A stretch of 64,000 nucleotides of DNA from assembly GCA_900617105.1 (NCBI GenBank), contig UYFQ01000685.1, positions 1 to 64,000 on the forward strand, written 5' to 3'. The notes under the pieces are model-generated. The model was not told the DNA's origin and ran no database searches. It saw only the letters and a program-made list of their open reading frames with translations. Both the position numbers and the translations under genes were made by a program. This stretch comes from Hydrurus foetidus (taxonomy: Eukaryota). Shown piece by piece: positions 24,363 through 37,018 of this stretch (its first letter is position 1; every line of letters starts with the position of its first letter).

Positions 24363-25450
24363 GTATCATGAAATTTGACACTCATGCTGGATTTACTAAA
24401 ACAGCCTCTTACCATGTTGGAGTGATCGTCTGCATCTCAGAGGCTGATGACCTTCACGTTGCAAATTGAATTGTATTTGATTTCGTGAGGAACTCAAAAG
24501 TATGATGGATTGTGGAGGAATGAGAGAGCCGACATGTTGAACTGAGGGCTGAGGGCCACACATCCACACATATACGTATAAATTATAAATGACCGTGCGT
24601 ACGTGCTTGCCGTTACATTTGCGAGAACTATACTGATTATCTTCATGATTTTATATTTTATGCAATACGGTACGGAATTGATTTCTCGACATGGATATAA
24701 TTGAAGGACTAGGAGGGGAAAAAAATTGTCCTTTAAATGACGTCATGATTGCATCTTATTTTCGATTCGAATCCTTCGACGGTTTCATGCTATTGGTTGT
24801 ACTAGATGTTGATGCAGTAAATATTTAACATGGAATAAAAAATTTATTTCGCTATATCATTTCTATGAAATCTTACTTAAATTCAAAAGATAAACAAATA
24901 TCTAAATGAGGAAACGAAAACTATGGTAACTACATCAGAGTTTAGTACCAAAATCATCCCTTCAACTGATGCCAGCCTGTTTCTTTCTCTCGTAATTCCA
25001 TCCCATCTTTCCTTCGCCTCGTCCCAATTACGCACATGTTTTAATCTTCTTGATAGGTAGTTTGAAATTAGTATCAAGAGGGAACACCGCTTCGTCTCGT
25101 ATGCACCTCAGTATAATAGGCGATCGAAAATTTGACCCAAGATCTGGAATCGATTTCTGGACTCTGGATCCCTGATCCCAGCCTAGATCATTCCTCGCAA
25201 AGCTCGCACACCGCACTTCATTTCCAGCGTACTTCGCCTTCTACGCGCGTTGTATGAAGATTTGAGTTTTGTGAAACCATTTTGTAACAACTAAATACAC
25301 ATTTCTCAACTGCAGCTTTCCGTCGAGGGTATCACTATTGACGCCCTCGTCAGATTTAGTTGAACTATCTCGGAGCTGGAGAATCAATTGAGAATCTTTC
25401 ACTGGCGGGCTCTTGGTGGTGTCCATCGCAGAGGCTCCCATTGTTAGAAG

Positions 25451-28276
25451 ATGATCATGCAGGATGAAGAGAGCGACTCTGCGCCAGTTTTGCAGAGAAA
25501 ATGGATAAAAGATCAGATGAAGAAAAGGTAAGTTTCGTCATCTCCTACTCTAAAGCTGATGCTTATTCCATTATCGAGCGCCAGTTGGTCGTGAAATATG
25601 CTGATTGATGGATTCCCAACCCACACATTTCTGTTTGCTAGACAACGAGATTTCTGTGACCCTACAGTTTTCTCTATATTTTGTGGAACTTGGAATGTGA
25701 ACGACAAGATGCTCGAAGAAAATGACTCACTGCAGGAATGGCTGCTTCCGAAGGACCAGTTTGTCGCTGATATTTTCGCAATCGGTTTTCAGGAAACTGT
25801 TGAGCTGAGCACTATGAATGTTGTCTTCGACGGTTCAAAAAGTACAGATAGGGCGGTATGTTGGCAACGGAAAATAAGTGAGACCTTTACTGAAAACAAA
25901 TTACGATACGTTCTCATTGATGAAAGGCACTTGGTGGGCAACCTTTTATGTGTCTACGCAAAGTCTGACCTTGTTCCTTTCATCCGCGGTGTCCGTGGTG
26001 CTACTACTCCAATCGGAATCATGGGTGTGATGGGTAATAAAGGTGCTGTGATACTTCGTCTCCGGATACACAATACCACAATATGTTTCGTATGCTCTCA
26101 TTTAAGCGCGAACAGGGAGAATGTCACAGCACGTAATAATGATGTCCGAAACATCAACGAAAAGACTTCTTTATATCCTAGTCTGGAAGCAGTCGATGCA
26201 GCTCAGAAAGCCAGTCTGAAGGATATATCAACTCAGTGGTCGAATGACACAGCTTTGCCTCTGCTCATCGAGGAACATGATGTGATATTCTGGTTTGGAG
26301 ATCTCAACTATCGAATCCAAGAAAACCTCACAACAAATGAAATCCTCGAAATTGTAAAGAGAGGCGCATTCACCTCCCTTCTAGGAAATGACCAACTTAA
26401 TGTAGAGATTGATTCAAAGAATGTTTTCAACGGTTTCGAGGAGGGTCGTATCGAATTTGCACCAACATACAAATATCAGCCCGGAACGGACATGTATGAT
26501 TGCAGGCCTGATAAGAAGTTAAGGGCACCAGCTTGGTGTGACAGAATTCTTTGGAAAGAAAATAATGCAGAAGACTCTGTGAGGCAACTGAATTATCGCA
26601 GAGCTGAATTGAACATTTCTGATCACCGTCCGGTGAGTGCGCTTTTTAATGTCGATTCTTGTATAACGGATTCCAAGAGAGAGAAAAAAGTCTATCAGGA
26701 TTTGCTAAGTAAAGTTGACAAGTGGGAGAATGCGAGTGCACCGAAAGTAGCTGTGGATAACAGAGTGATTGATTTCGGCCCTCTACTTGTACATGTAAGT
26801 TATGTCACGTACGCACTGTACTGTACTGTACTGTACGTCTTCGAAAAATCTCCACTTCACTGTGCACAATAATAGCTTTATTGTAAGCAATTTTGTAATC
26901 GTCAAGTGCTGATTAAAATTTGTAAGCTGCTTATTCGTGTCCATGAAGCGCTGCTAAATATTATTCTCACTTTTATTGGTATCCGTATTCTATCCTGTGA
27001 CTCTAATTTTTGTTCTTTGCACTGCTGCTGCTGCTGCCGCTGAATTGTTCTTCTGAATTGTTCTGCTCAATTTGATTTTATTGTCATCATCAATAAGATG
27101 CTTACTTCACTTCGTTTTATTTTATATTGCATCATAGGAATGGAAATCAAATATCATGATCGTCAAAAATATTGGCCAAGTTTTATCAAGCTGGCAATTT
27201 GTGCCAAAATTTGACGAAACTTTGATATCTATGCCTTGGTTAAGTTTCACTCCTATGAGAGGCATCCTAGCTCCAGGGGAGGTACGTAAAGAATTTGTAG
27301 GAGGACCCTTACCCCTATCCATCTTAATGGTGACGTGATTTCGGGAGTTGTAAAAAATTTCAATTTCAATCAGTGAAGTTGTTGTAAATTGTCTGATTTA
27401 GTGACGAAAATTGGAGTGTACATCATGATTATCTTATCAACGTTTACATGAATGCGATTTTGTCTGTCTATTTATAAAAGTGACGCACAATTTCAACATG
27501 GCTATAAACAGGAGCAAGTAGCGCCACATGCGCCAAGGATGAATGAGCCACTTCCTTTTCAAGTCTCCCTGTCTAACAGCTGTATCATTTTGTTATATGA
27601 ACATTTTTTAGGAGATTGAAGTTACCGTTGCTCTGTGCGTGACGATAACTCAAGTTGAAACAGTCCTGTCCAATGTCAAGCCAGTGAACAATGTGAGAAA
27701 CTAATCAATTTACATCTTAATTCATTATTTCTTTTTCATTATTTCTCTTTCATTATTTCTCTTATAATTTGTTCCGAGAAACTAACAATTTTCGTTTTAA
27801 AATCACATTTCTGTCAAAGTTTGTCGTATGCTGTACTGTGCTCGCGTTTCTAATCATATTCTGTTCTATTTTATTTTGTGATTTTTTCATAGGCTATACT
27901 CCTCGAGGACATAGCCATCATACGGGTAACAGGGGGAAGCGACTTCTTCTGCATCTTCAGCGGTCTGTTGGAAATACCTCAATCTCGTAATAAGTGTGAC
28001 AGTGAAGGCAGCTTTGACGAGGATGGAACCTCTTCCTCCATGTCCTTGTCAAAAGTTGATGTGGACGATGACACAATTGTAACACCAACTTTTAGAACTG
28101 TCACAAAAAACGACTCCTTCAAGCATCCGAATATTCCCGCACCCACCCTGGCAGTGGAACCATTGAGTGGAGAAAATGCAGGAGACAAACAAATAAAAAC
28201 AGCATCGAAAATCATTACATCAAAATCGGAAGAAATGGATAAAAAATTCAATGAAACTGGATTTTTAAGTATATGA
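25451..28276 (+). CDS. Inositol polyphosphate 5-phosphatase, OCRL/INPP5B-like (5-phosphatase + ASH domain), ~5 exons
   Basis: Catalytic motifs GTWNVN, IGFQE, GVMGNKGAV, CFVCSHL, FWFGDLNYRI, PTYKY, PAWCDRILW, SDHRPV. Downstream exons encode ASH-like VKNIGQVLSSWQFVPK...WLSFTPMRGILAPGE and EDIAIIRVTGGSDFF. Confidence 0.92.
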
Positions 28277-29343
28277 ATATCAAGTTGAGATATTCGAAGT
28301 GGATGGAGGTTCAAGGGATCTCCTTCAATTTACATTAGAACATCACTTACACAGGATAGGGTCATTGGTGCCTACAGTACAACACTACTCTCTACTCTCT
28401 ACAATACGTCATGGCATTTATTGTGGTGCAATTTATCTTACGGTAGATTGATACGTCACAATCTATCAGTCGTCTCCTACGCCTTGACGTGAGGTTTTTA
28501 CATCATCTCATGATGAATGGTGTAGAGAAATGAATCGCAGGAAGTCATGACGTATCGCAATAACGCCCTGGTCGGCAAGTTGTTGTGCAATTTTACGGTG
28601 ACTTTTGATTATATTGTACATAAAACATGCACTACACAGAGCAATATTTGTCATTCAACAGCACACGTCAGATAAGATATGATATGCCCATTGCTGAATT
28701 ATGCAATGGTGCAACTTGGTAGATCTTTTTCATGAAATTAATTTTCAATTGAAACTCGACATGCACATCTACTTCACAATCTTCACGCTGTATCACAAAC
28801 GGCGCAGCTCAAAATTTTAGGAAATAGGAAGATGAGGAGATTCTCCGCATTTGACGGGAGAAAAATGAAATCCTAAAATCCAGAAACTCTAAAGTAATTT
28901 TGCGCGGGTATGCCGATCAGTCATGGTCATGGGAAGTGTCGTCGAATTTTTCATTTTCGGTTCTCACGTCCTTGGGTTCCCATCGATCCCAGATCAAGGG
29001 GGCGCCCAGATCATCTCTTGCCCGATTTTTAATTTTTAACTTTGGCCAGTTAAATGAAGTCAATCGGAAAACCTGAAAGCCCCATCAATCCACTCTAGTT
29101 GAATTTCAGCTAGTTGTGAGGTGAAGCTCACCCTCATTGGGAAGAGTCGTCACTAGCAGCATCATTGGGGTGCAGAAAAAGAGCATTGACCGCGACATCA
29201 GTTGACCTACCTTCTGTTCACCATGGGAAGGGAAGCCATCATCATGACCAAGCAAAGACAACCCTGTCGATAGGAAGGCAACTCTTCCCGAACTCTGTGC
29301 CTGCCACGGCAGCGGTGACAGCTACTTGCAAATTAGAGCAGAT

Positions 29344-32300
29344 ATGAAGCATTGCGCATTCAATCTTATTAGTTTTATTCTTTGCTGGGAAGCTATCGTT
29401 GTGCTCGCCATCAACGAATATCTGGAACTAAGCGTTGATTCTTTAACGTATCAAAAGAGTTCTAGAAATCAAAATCTATCGAGAAGGATTCTAAATGATT
29501 CCGAAATTAAACAAAAATTTGGGGTTCCTTTGGAGAACCAATCGTCAAACCTTTCAGACTTAAGATGTTTTATCGATCACAGAAGACTTTCGATTGCCGT
29601 GGATCAATCAAACTTGAATGTAGAATGTCGAGAAAAAATGTTCCTGATCGCGCAGAACAACAACGACAAGAACAAATCACACAAAAAAAACTTTGACGTG
29701 ATGGGACTTCCAATATTTACAAGAACATTCATCCCAACACCGTCCCCCACAGCAAAACCAGAAAATACCCCGAGTGATAGTCCAAGTGTGCTACCGACAT
29801 GCGTACCTACAACGACGCCAAGCAGTACACCAAGTGATAGTCCAAGTGTGCTACCGACATGCGTACCTACAACGACGCCAAGCAGTACACCAAGTGATAG
29901 TCCAAGTGTGCTACCGACATGCGTACCTACAACGACGCCAAGCAGTACACCAAGTGATAGTCCAAGTGTGCTACCGACATGCGTACCTACAACGACGCCA
30001 AGCAGTACACCAAGTGATAGTCCAAGTGTGCTACCGACATGCGTACCTACAACGACGCCAAGCAGTACACCAAGTGATAGTCCAAGTGTGCTACCGACAT
30101 GCGTACCTACAACGACGCCAAGCAGTACACCAAGTGATAGTCCAAGTGTGCTACCGACATGCGTACCTACAACGACGCCAAGCAGTACACCAAGTGATAG
30201 TCCAAGTGTGCTACCGACATGCGTACCTACAACGACGCCAAGCAGTACACCAAGTGATAGTCCAAGTGTGCTACCGACATGCGTACCTACAACGACGCCA
30301 AGCAGTACACCAAGTGATAGTCCAAGTGTGCTACCGACATGCGTACCTACAACGACGCCAAGCAGTACACCAAGTGATAGTCCAATTGTGCTACCGACAT
30401 GCGTACCTACAACGACGCCAAGCAGTACACCAAGTGATAGTCCAAGTGTGCTACCGACATGCGTACCTACAACGACGCCAAGCAGTACACCAAGTGATAG
30501 TCCAAGTGTGCTACCGACATGCGTACCTACAACGACGCCAAGCAGTACACCAAGTGATAGTCCAAGTGTGCTACCGACATGCGTACCTACAACGACGCCA
30601 AGCAGTACACCAAGTGATAGTCCAAGTGTGCTACCGACATGCGTACCTACAACGACGCCAAGCAGTACACCAAGTGATAGTCCAAGTGTGCTACCGACAT
30701 GCGTACCTACAACGACGCCAAGCAGTACACCAAGTGATAGTCCAAGTGTGCTACCGACATGCGTACCTACAACGACGCCAAGCAGTACACCAAGTGATAG
30801 TCCAAGTGTGCTACCGACATGCGTACCTACAACGACGCCAAGCAGTACACCAAGTGATAGTCCAAGTGTGCTACCGACATGCGTACCTACAACGACGCCA
30901 AGCAGTACACCAAGTGATAGTCCAAGTGTGCTACCGACATGCGTACCTACAACGACGCCAAGCAGTACACCAAGTGATAGTCCAAGTGTGCTACCGACAT
31001 GCGTACCTACAACGACGCCAAGCAGTACACCAAGTGATAGTCCAAGTGTGCTACCGACATGCGTACCTACAACGACGCCAAGCAGTACACCAAGTGATAG
31101 TCCAAGTGTGCTACCGACATGCGTACCTACAACGACGCCAAGCAGTACACCAAGTGATAGTCCAAGTGTGCTACCGACATGCGTACCTACAACGACGCCA
31201 AGCAGTACACCAAGTGATAGTCCAAGTGTGCTACCGACATGCGTACCTACAACGACGCCAAGCAGTACACCAAGTGATAGTCCAAGTGTGCTACCGACAT
31301 GCGTACCTACAACGACGCCAAGCAGTACACCAAGTGATAGTCCAAGTGTGCTACCGACATGCGTACCTACAACGACGCCAAGCAGTACACCAAGTGATAG
31401 TCCAAGTGTGCTACCGACATGCGTACCTACAACGACGCCAAGCAGTACACCAAGTGATAGTCCAAGTGTGCTACCGACATGCGTACCTACAACGACGCCA
31501 AGCAGTACACCAAGTGATAGTCCAAGTGTGCTACCGACATGCGTACCTACAACGACGCCAAGCAGTACACCAAGTGATAGTCCAAGTGTGCTACCGACAT
31601 GCGTACCTACAACGACGCCAAGCAGTACACCAAGTGATAGTCCAAGTGTGCTACCGACATGCGTACCTACAACGACGCCAAGCAGTACACCAAGTGATAG
31701 TCCAAGTGTGCTACCGACATGCGTACCTACAACGACGCCAAGCAGTACACCAAGTGATAGTCCAAGTGTGCTACCGACATGCGTACCTACAACGACGCCA
31801 AGCAGTACACCAAGTGATAGTCCAAGTGTGCTACCGACATGCGTACCTACAACGACGCCAAGCAGTACACCAAGTGATAGTCCAAGTGTGCTACCGACAT
31901 GCGTACCTACAACGACGCCAAGCAGTACACCAAGTGATAGTCCAAGTGTGCTACCGACATGCGTACCTACAACGACGCCAAGCAGTACACCAAGTGATAG
32001 TCCAAGTGTGCTACCGACATGCGTACCTACAACGACGCCAAGCAGTACACCAAGTGATAGTCCAAGTGTGCTACCGACATGCGTACCTACAACGACGCCA
32101 AGCAGTACACCAAGTGATAGTCCAAGTGTGCTACCGACATGCGTACCTACAACGACGCCAAGCAGTACACCAAGTGATAGTCCAAGTGTGCTACCGACAT
32201 GCGTACCTACAACGACGCCAAGCAGTACACCAAGTGATAGTCCAAGTGTGCTACCGACATGCGTACCTACAACGACGCCAAGCAGTACACCAAGTGATAG

Positions 32301-35300
32301 TCCAAGTGTGCTACCGACATGCGTACCTACAACGACGCCAAGCAGTACACCAAGTGATAGTCCAAGTGTGCTACCGACATGCGTACCTACAACGACGCCA
32401 AGCAGTACACCAAGTGATAGTCCAAGTGTGCTACCGACATGCGTACCTACAACGACGCCAAGCAGTACACCAAGTGATAGTCCAAGTGTGCTACCGACAT
32501 GCGTACCTACAACGACGCCAAGCAGTACACCAAGTGATAGTCCAAGTGTGCTACCGACATGCGTACCTACAACGACGCCAAGCAGTACACCAAGTGATAG
32601 TCCAAGTGTGCTACCGACATGCGTACCTACAACGACGCCAAGCAGTACACCAAGTGATAGTCCAAGTGTGCTACCGACATGCGTACCTACAACGACGCCA
32701 AGCAGTACACCAAGTGATAGTCCAAGTGTGCTACCGACATGCGTACCTACAACGACGCCAAGCAGTACACCAAGTGATAGTCCAAGTGTGCTACCGACAT
32801 GCGTACCTACAACGACGCCAAGCAGTACACCAAGTGATAGTCCAAGTGTGCTACCGACATGCGTACCTACAACGACGCCAAGCAGTACACCAAGTGATAG
32901 TCCAAGTGTGCTACCGACATGCGTACCTACAACGACGCCAAGCAGTACACCAAGTGATAGTCCAAGTGTGCTACCGACATGCGTACCTACAACGACGCCA
33001 AGCAGTACACCAAGTGATAGTCCAAGTGTGCTACCGACATGCGTACCTACAACGACGCCAAGCAGTACACCAAGTGATAGTCCAAGTGTGCTACCGACAT
33101 GCGTACCTACAACGACGCCAAGCAGTACACCAAGTGATAGTCCAAGTGTGCTACCGACATGCGTACCTACAACGACGCCAAGCAGTACACCAAGTGATAG
33201 TCCAAGTGTGCTACCGACATGCGTACCTACAACGACGCCAAGCAGTACACCAAGTGATAGTCCAAGTGTGCTACCGACATGCGTACCTACAACGACGCCA
33301 AGCAGTACACCAAGTGATAGTCCAAGTGTGCTACCGACATGCGTACCTACAACGACGCCAAGCAGTACACCAAGTGATAGTCCAAGTGTGCTACCGACAT
33401 GCGTACCTACAACGACGCCAAGCAGTACACCAAGTGATAGTCCAAGTGTGCTACCGACATGCGTACCTACAACGACGCCAAGCAGTACACCAAGTGATAG
33501 TCCAAGTGTGCTACCGACATGCGTACCTACAACGACGCCAAGCAGTACACCAAGTGATAGTCCAAGTGTGCTACCGACATGCGTACCTACAACGACGCCA
33601 AGCAGTACACCAAGTGATAGTCCAAGTGTGCTACCGACATGCGTACCTACAACGACGCCAAGCAGTACACCAAGTGATAGTCCAAGTGTGCTACCGACAT
33701 GCGTACCTACAACGACGCCAAGCAGTACACCAAGTGATAGTCCAAGTGTGCTACCGACATGCGTACCTACAACGACGCCAAGCAGTACACCAAGTGATAG
33801 TCCAAGTGTGCTACCGACATGCGTACCTACAACGACGCCAAGCAGTACACCAAGTGATAGTCCAAGTGTGCTACCGACATGCGTACCTACAACGACGCCA
33901 AGCAGTACACCAAGTGATAGTCCAAGTGTGCTACCGACATGCGTACCTACAACGACGCCAAGCAGTACACCAAGTGATAGTCCAAGTGTGCTACCGACAT
34001 GCGTACCTACAACGACGCCAAGCAGTACACCAAGTGATAGTCCAAGTGTGCTACCGACATGCGTACCTACAACGACGCCAAGCAGTACACCAAGTGATAG
34101 TCCAAGTGTGCTACCGACATGCGTACCTACAACGACGCCAAGCAGTACACCAAGTGATAGTCCAAGTGTGCTACCGACATGCGTACCTACAACGACGCCA
34201 AGCAGTACACCAAGTGATAGTCCAAGTGTGCTACCGACATGCGTACCTACAACGACGCCAAGCAGTACACCAAGTGATAGTCCAAGTGTGCTACCGACAT
34301 GCGTACCTACAACGACGCCAAGCAGTACACCAAGTGATAGTCCAAGTGTGCTACCGACATGCGTACCTACAACGACGCCAAGCAGTACACCAAGTGATAG
34401 TCCAAGTGTGCTACCGACATGCGTACCTACAACGACGCCAAGCAGTACACCAAGTGATAGTCCAAGTGTGCTACCGACATGCGTACCTACAACGACGCCA
34501 AGCAGTACACCAAGTGATAGTCCAAGTGTGCTACCGACATGCGTACCTACAACGACGCCAAGCAGTACACCAAGTGATAGTCCAAGTGTGCTACCGACAT
34601 GCGTACCTACAACGACGCCAAGCAGTACACCAAGTGATAGTCCAAGTGTGCTACCGACATGCGTACCTACAACGACGCCAAGCAGTACACCAAGTGATAG
34701 TCCAAGTGTGCTACCGACATGCGTACCTACAACGACGCCAAGCAGTACACCAAGTGATAGTCCAAGTGTGCTACCGACATGCGTACCTACAACGACGCCA
34801 AGCAGTACACCAAGTGATAGTCCAAGTGTGCTACCGACATGCGTACCTACAACGACGCCAAGCAGTACACCAAGTGATAGTCCAAGTGTGCTACCGACAT
34901 GCGTACCTACAACGACGCCAAGCAGTACACCAAGTGATAGTCCAAGTGTGCTACCGACATGCGTACCTACAACGACGCCAAGCAGTACACCAAGTGATAG
35001 TCCAAGTGTGCTACCGACATGCGTACCTACAACGACGCCAAGCAGTACACCAAGTGATAGTCCAAGTGTGCTACCGACATGCGTACCTACAACGACGCCA
35101 AGCAGTACACCAAGTGATAGTCCAAGTGTGCTACCGACATGCGTACCTACAACGACGCCAAGCAGTACACCAAGTGATAGTCCAAGTGTGCTACCGACAT
35201 GCGTACCTACAACGACGCCAAGCAGTACACCAAGTGATAGTCCAAGTGTGCTACCGACATGCGTACCTACAACGACGCCAAGCAGTACACCAAGTGATAG

Positions 35301-36214
35301 TCCAAGTGTGCTACCGACATGCGTACCTACAACGACGCCAAGCAGTACACCAAGTGATAGTCCAAGTGTGCTACCGACATGCGTACCTACAACGACGCCA
35401 AGCAGTACACCAAGTGATAGTCCAAGTGTGCTACCGACATGCGTACCTACAACGACGCCAAGCAGTACACCAAGTGATAGTCCAAGTGTGCTACCGACAT
35501 GCGTACCTACAACGACGCCAAGCAGTACACCAAGTGATAGTCCAAGTGTGCTACCGACATGCGTACCTACAACGACGCCAAGCAGTACACCAAGTGATAG
35601 TCCAAGTGTGCTACCGACATGCGTACCTACAACGACGCCAAGCAGTACACCAAGTGATAGTCCAAGTGTGCTACCGACATGCGTACCTACAACGACGCCA
35701 AGCAGTACACCAAGTGATAGTCCAAGTGTGCTACCGACATGCGTACCTACAACGACGCCAAGCAGTACACCAAGTGATAGTCCAAGTGTGCTACCGACAT
35801 GCGTACCTACAACGACGCCAAGCAGTACACCAAGTGATAGTCCAAGTGCTCCTTATTATAGCTCTGCTGAGGTGATTAGTTTTCCCCCATCATATGCTCC
35901 TGCATCAGTTCCTGGGATTGCCCACGTTATAGATGCGACTCTGCATCCTTCCATCACGCTGTTCATTGAAGGTCGTGTTAAAGGTGAGATAGTAGCACCA
36001 CCCATCTATTATTTGATTCTCTTTCACGCTTACTATCGACATTCTAAACTTATCTCTTGCAGTGAGTGGAGGAGTCAGTCTAGGTGCTATAATTGGTGGC
36101 ATTGTTGGAGTTCTCTTAGTTCTGTTGGCAGCTCTGGTGTGCTGTTTCTGTAGCACAAGACCTACCAAGAGTCGCAGCGAGCGTTATCGTCAGTCTACCT
36201 ACGATGCAGTGTGA
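29344..36214 (+). CDS. Mucin-like type-I membrane glycoprotein (signal peptide, ~101 x 20-aa P/T/S repeat, TM helix, short tail); intron 35984-36062
   Basis: Signal-like MKHCAFNLISFILCWEAIVVLA and repeat TPSDSPSVLPTCVPTTTPSS. Splicing GTGAGA...TTGCAG gives GAIIGGIVGVLLVLLAALVCCFC-STRPTKSRSERYRQSTYDAV*. Confidence 0.85.
29774..35848 (+). repeat. 60-bp coding tandem repeat, ~101 copies
   Basis: Unit AGCAGTACACCAAGTGATAGTCCAAGTGTGCTACCGACATGCGTACCTACAACGACGCCA repeats line after line. Only one internal variant noticed (G>T at 30386, Ser>Ile). Confidence 0.98.
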
Positions 36215-37018
36215 TCCTTTTCATCGCCTATCAGCAGTATCCTGAAAGACACCACATGGCAGCGCATCAGTGGCACTCTCGTTTCTCAGCCATCTGGAAA
36301 ATTTCTGTGACTTATTTCTCGCGAATCCTATTTATTTGCAACATTTCTATTTCTTCACATTATCCGGGACATCCCGTTGGTCCTCCAGTACGGGTACGTA
36401 CTCTTTACATCGTCACTGTACTGCGCACACGTACGAGACGGATAACCGTTGATCCTATACTCAATGGGCCGGCAGTAAGTGACATTTGCAGGCGTGCTGA
36501 GAAAAATCCAATTCATTGGCGCGCACTTATCGGACGCGACCGTTATTTTAATTAAATCTTAGTTTTCTAGAAGTGACCAATGTAACAATTTATGCATGTA
36601 TGTACAGTATCTGACATTTTCCGTATCCTAGACAGCCACCATTCAGTTCATTCCAATGATTCTGCGCTAAACCTGAAAAATATTATTCTAAATGCAACGC
36701 CTGTTGAGATAGGAATTGCATTTGAATCTCGCCTTGATTGAGGGTAATGTAACAGCAAGTGATTTCTTTCACAACGTCGCGGCACGTAGTCTTGATTAAT
36801 TGGGTGAAAACTGTATGGATGAATTATGCTTCATGAGTGGGATGCATTGACGGCAGCACCCATCTTTCCAATTTTCTCTTCATCAGGAAGTGAGAGGTGA
36901 GATCAACGGAGAAAAGCGCTTTGGTATCACTGGAGTTAAATTAGATCTCTCGAGATCCTGCGTAATTCCCTCTGAAGACCCTCTAACCATACTTGCAATG
37001 TTCACTGTACAGCAGTGT

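Larger units (their letters stand above)
22879..24530 (-). ncRNA. Putative non-coding snoRNA host transcript (short exons ~24530-24413, 24175-24095 or -24142, 23827-23770, 23545-23493, 23183-23122, 22898-22879)
   Basis: Each spacer between conserved units holds a pyrimidine tract + YAG acceptor and a GT donor on the minus strand. The joined exons give no sustained ORF. Pyrimidine-rich putative start near 24530 with an AT-rich TATA-like element upstream. Confidence 0.65.

Noticed and set aside
29774..35875. 2033-aa alternative-frame ORF (VIVQVCYRHAYLQRRQAVHQ)n
   Set aside because: A by-product of a stop-free 60-bp unit. It starts at GTG at the array edge and has no unique flanking domains.
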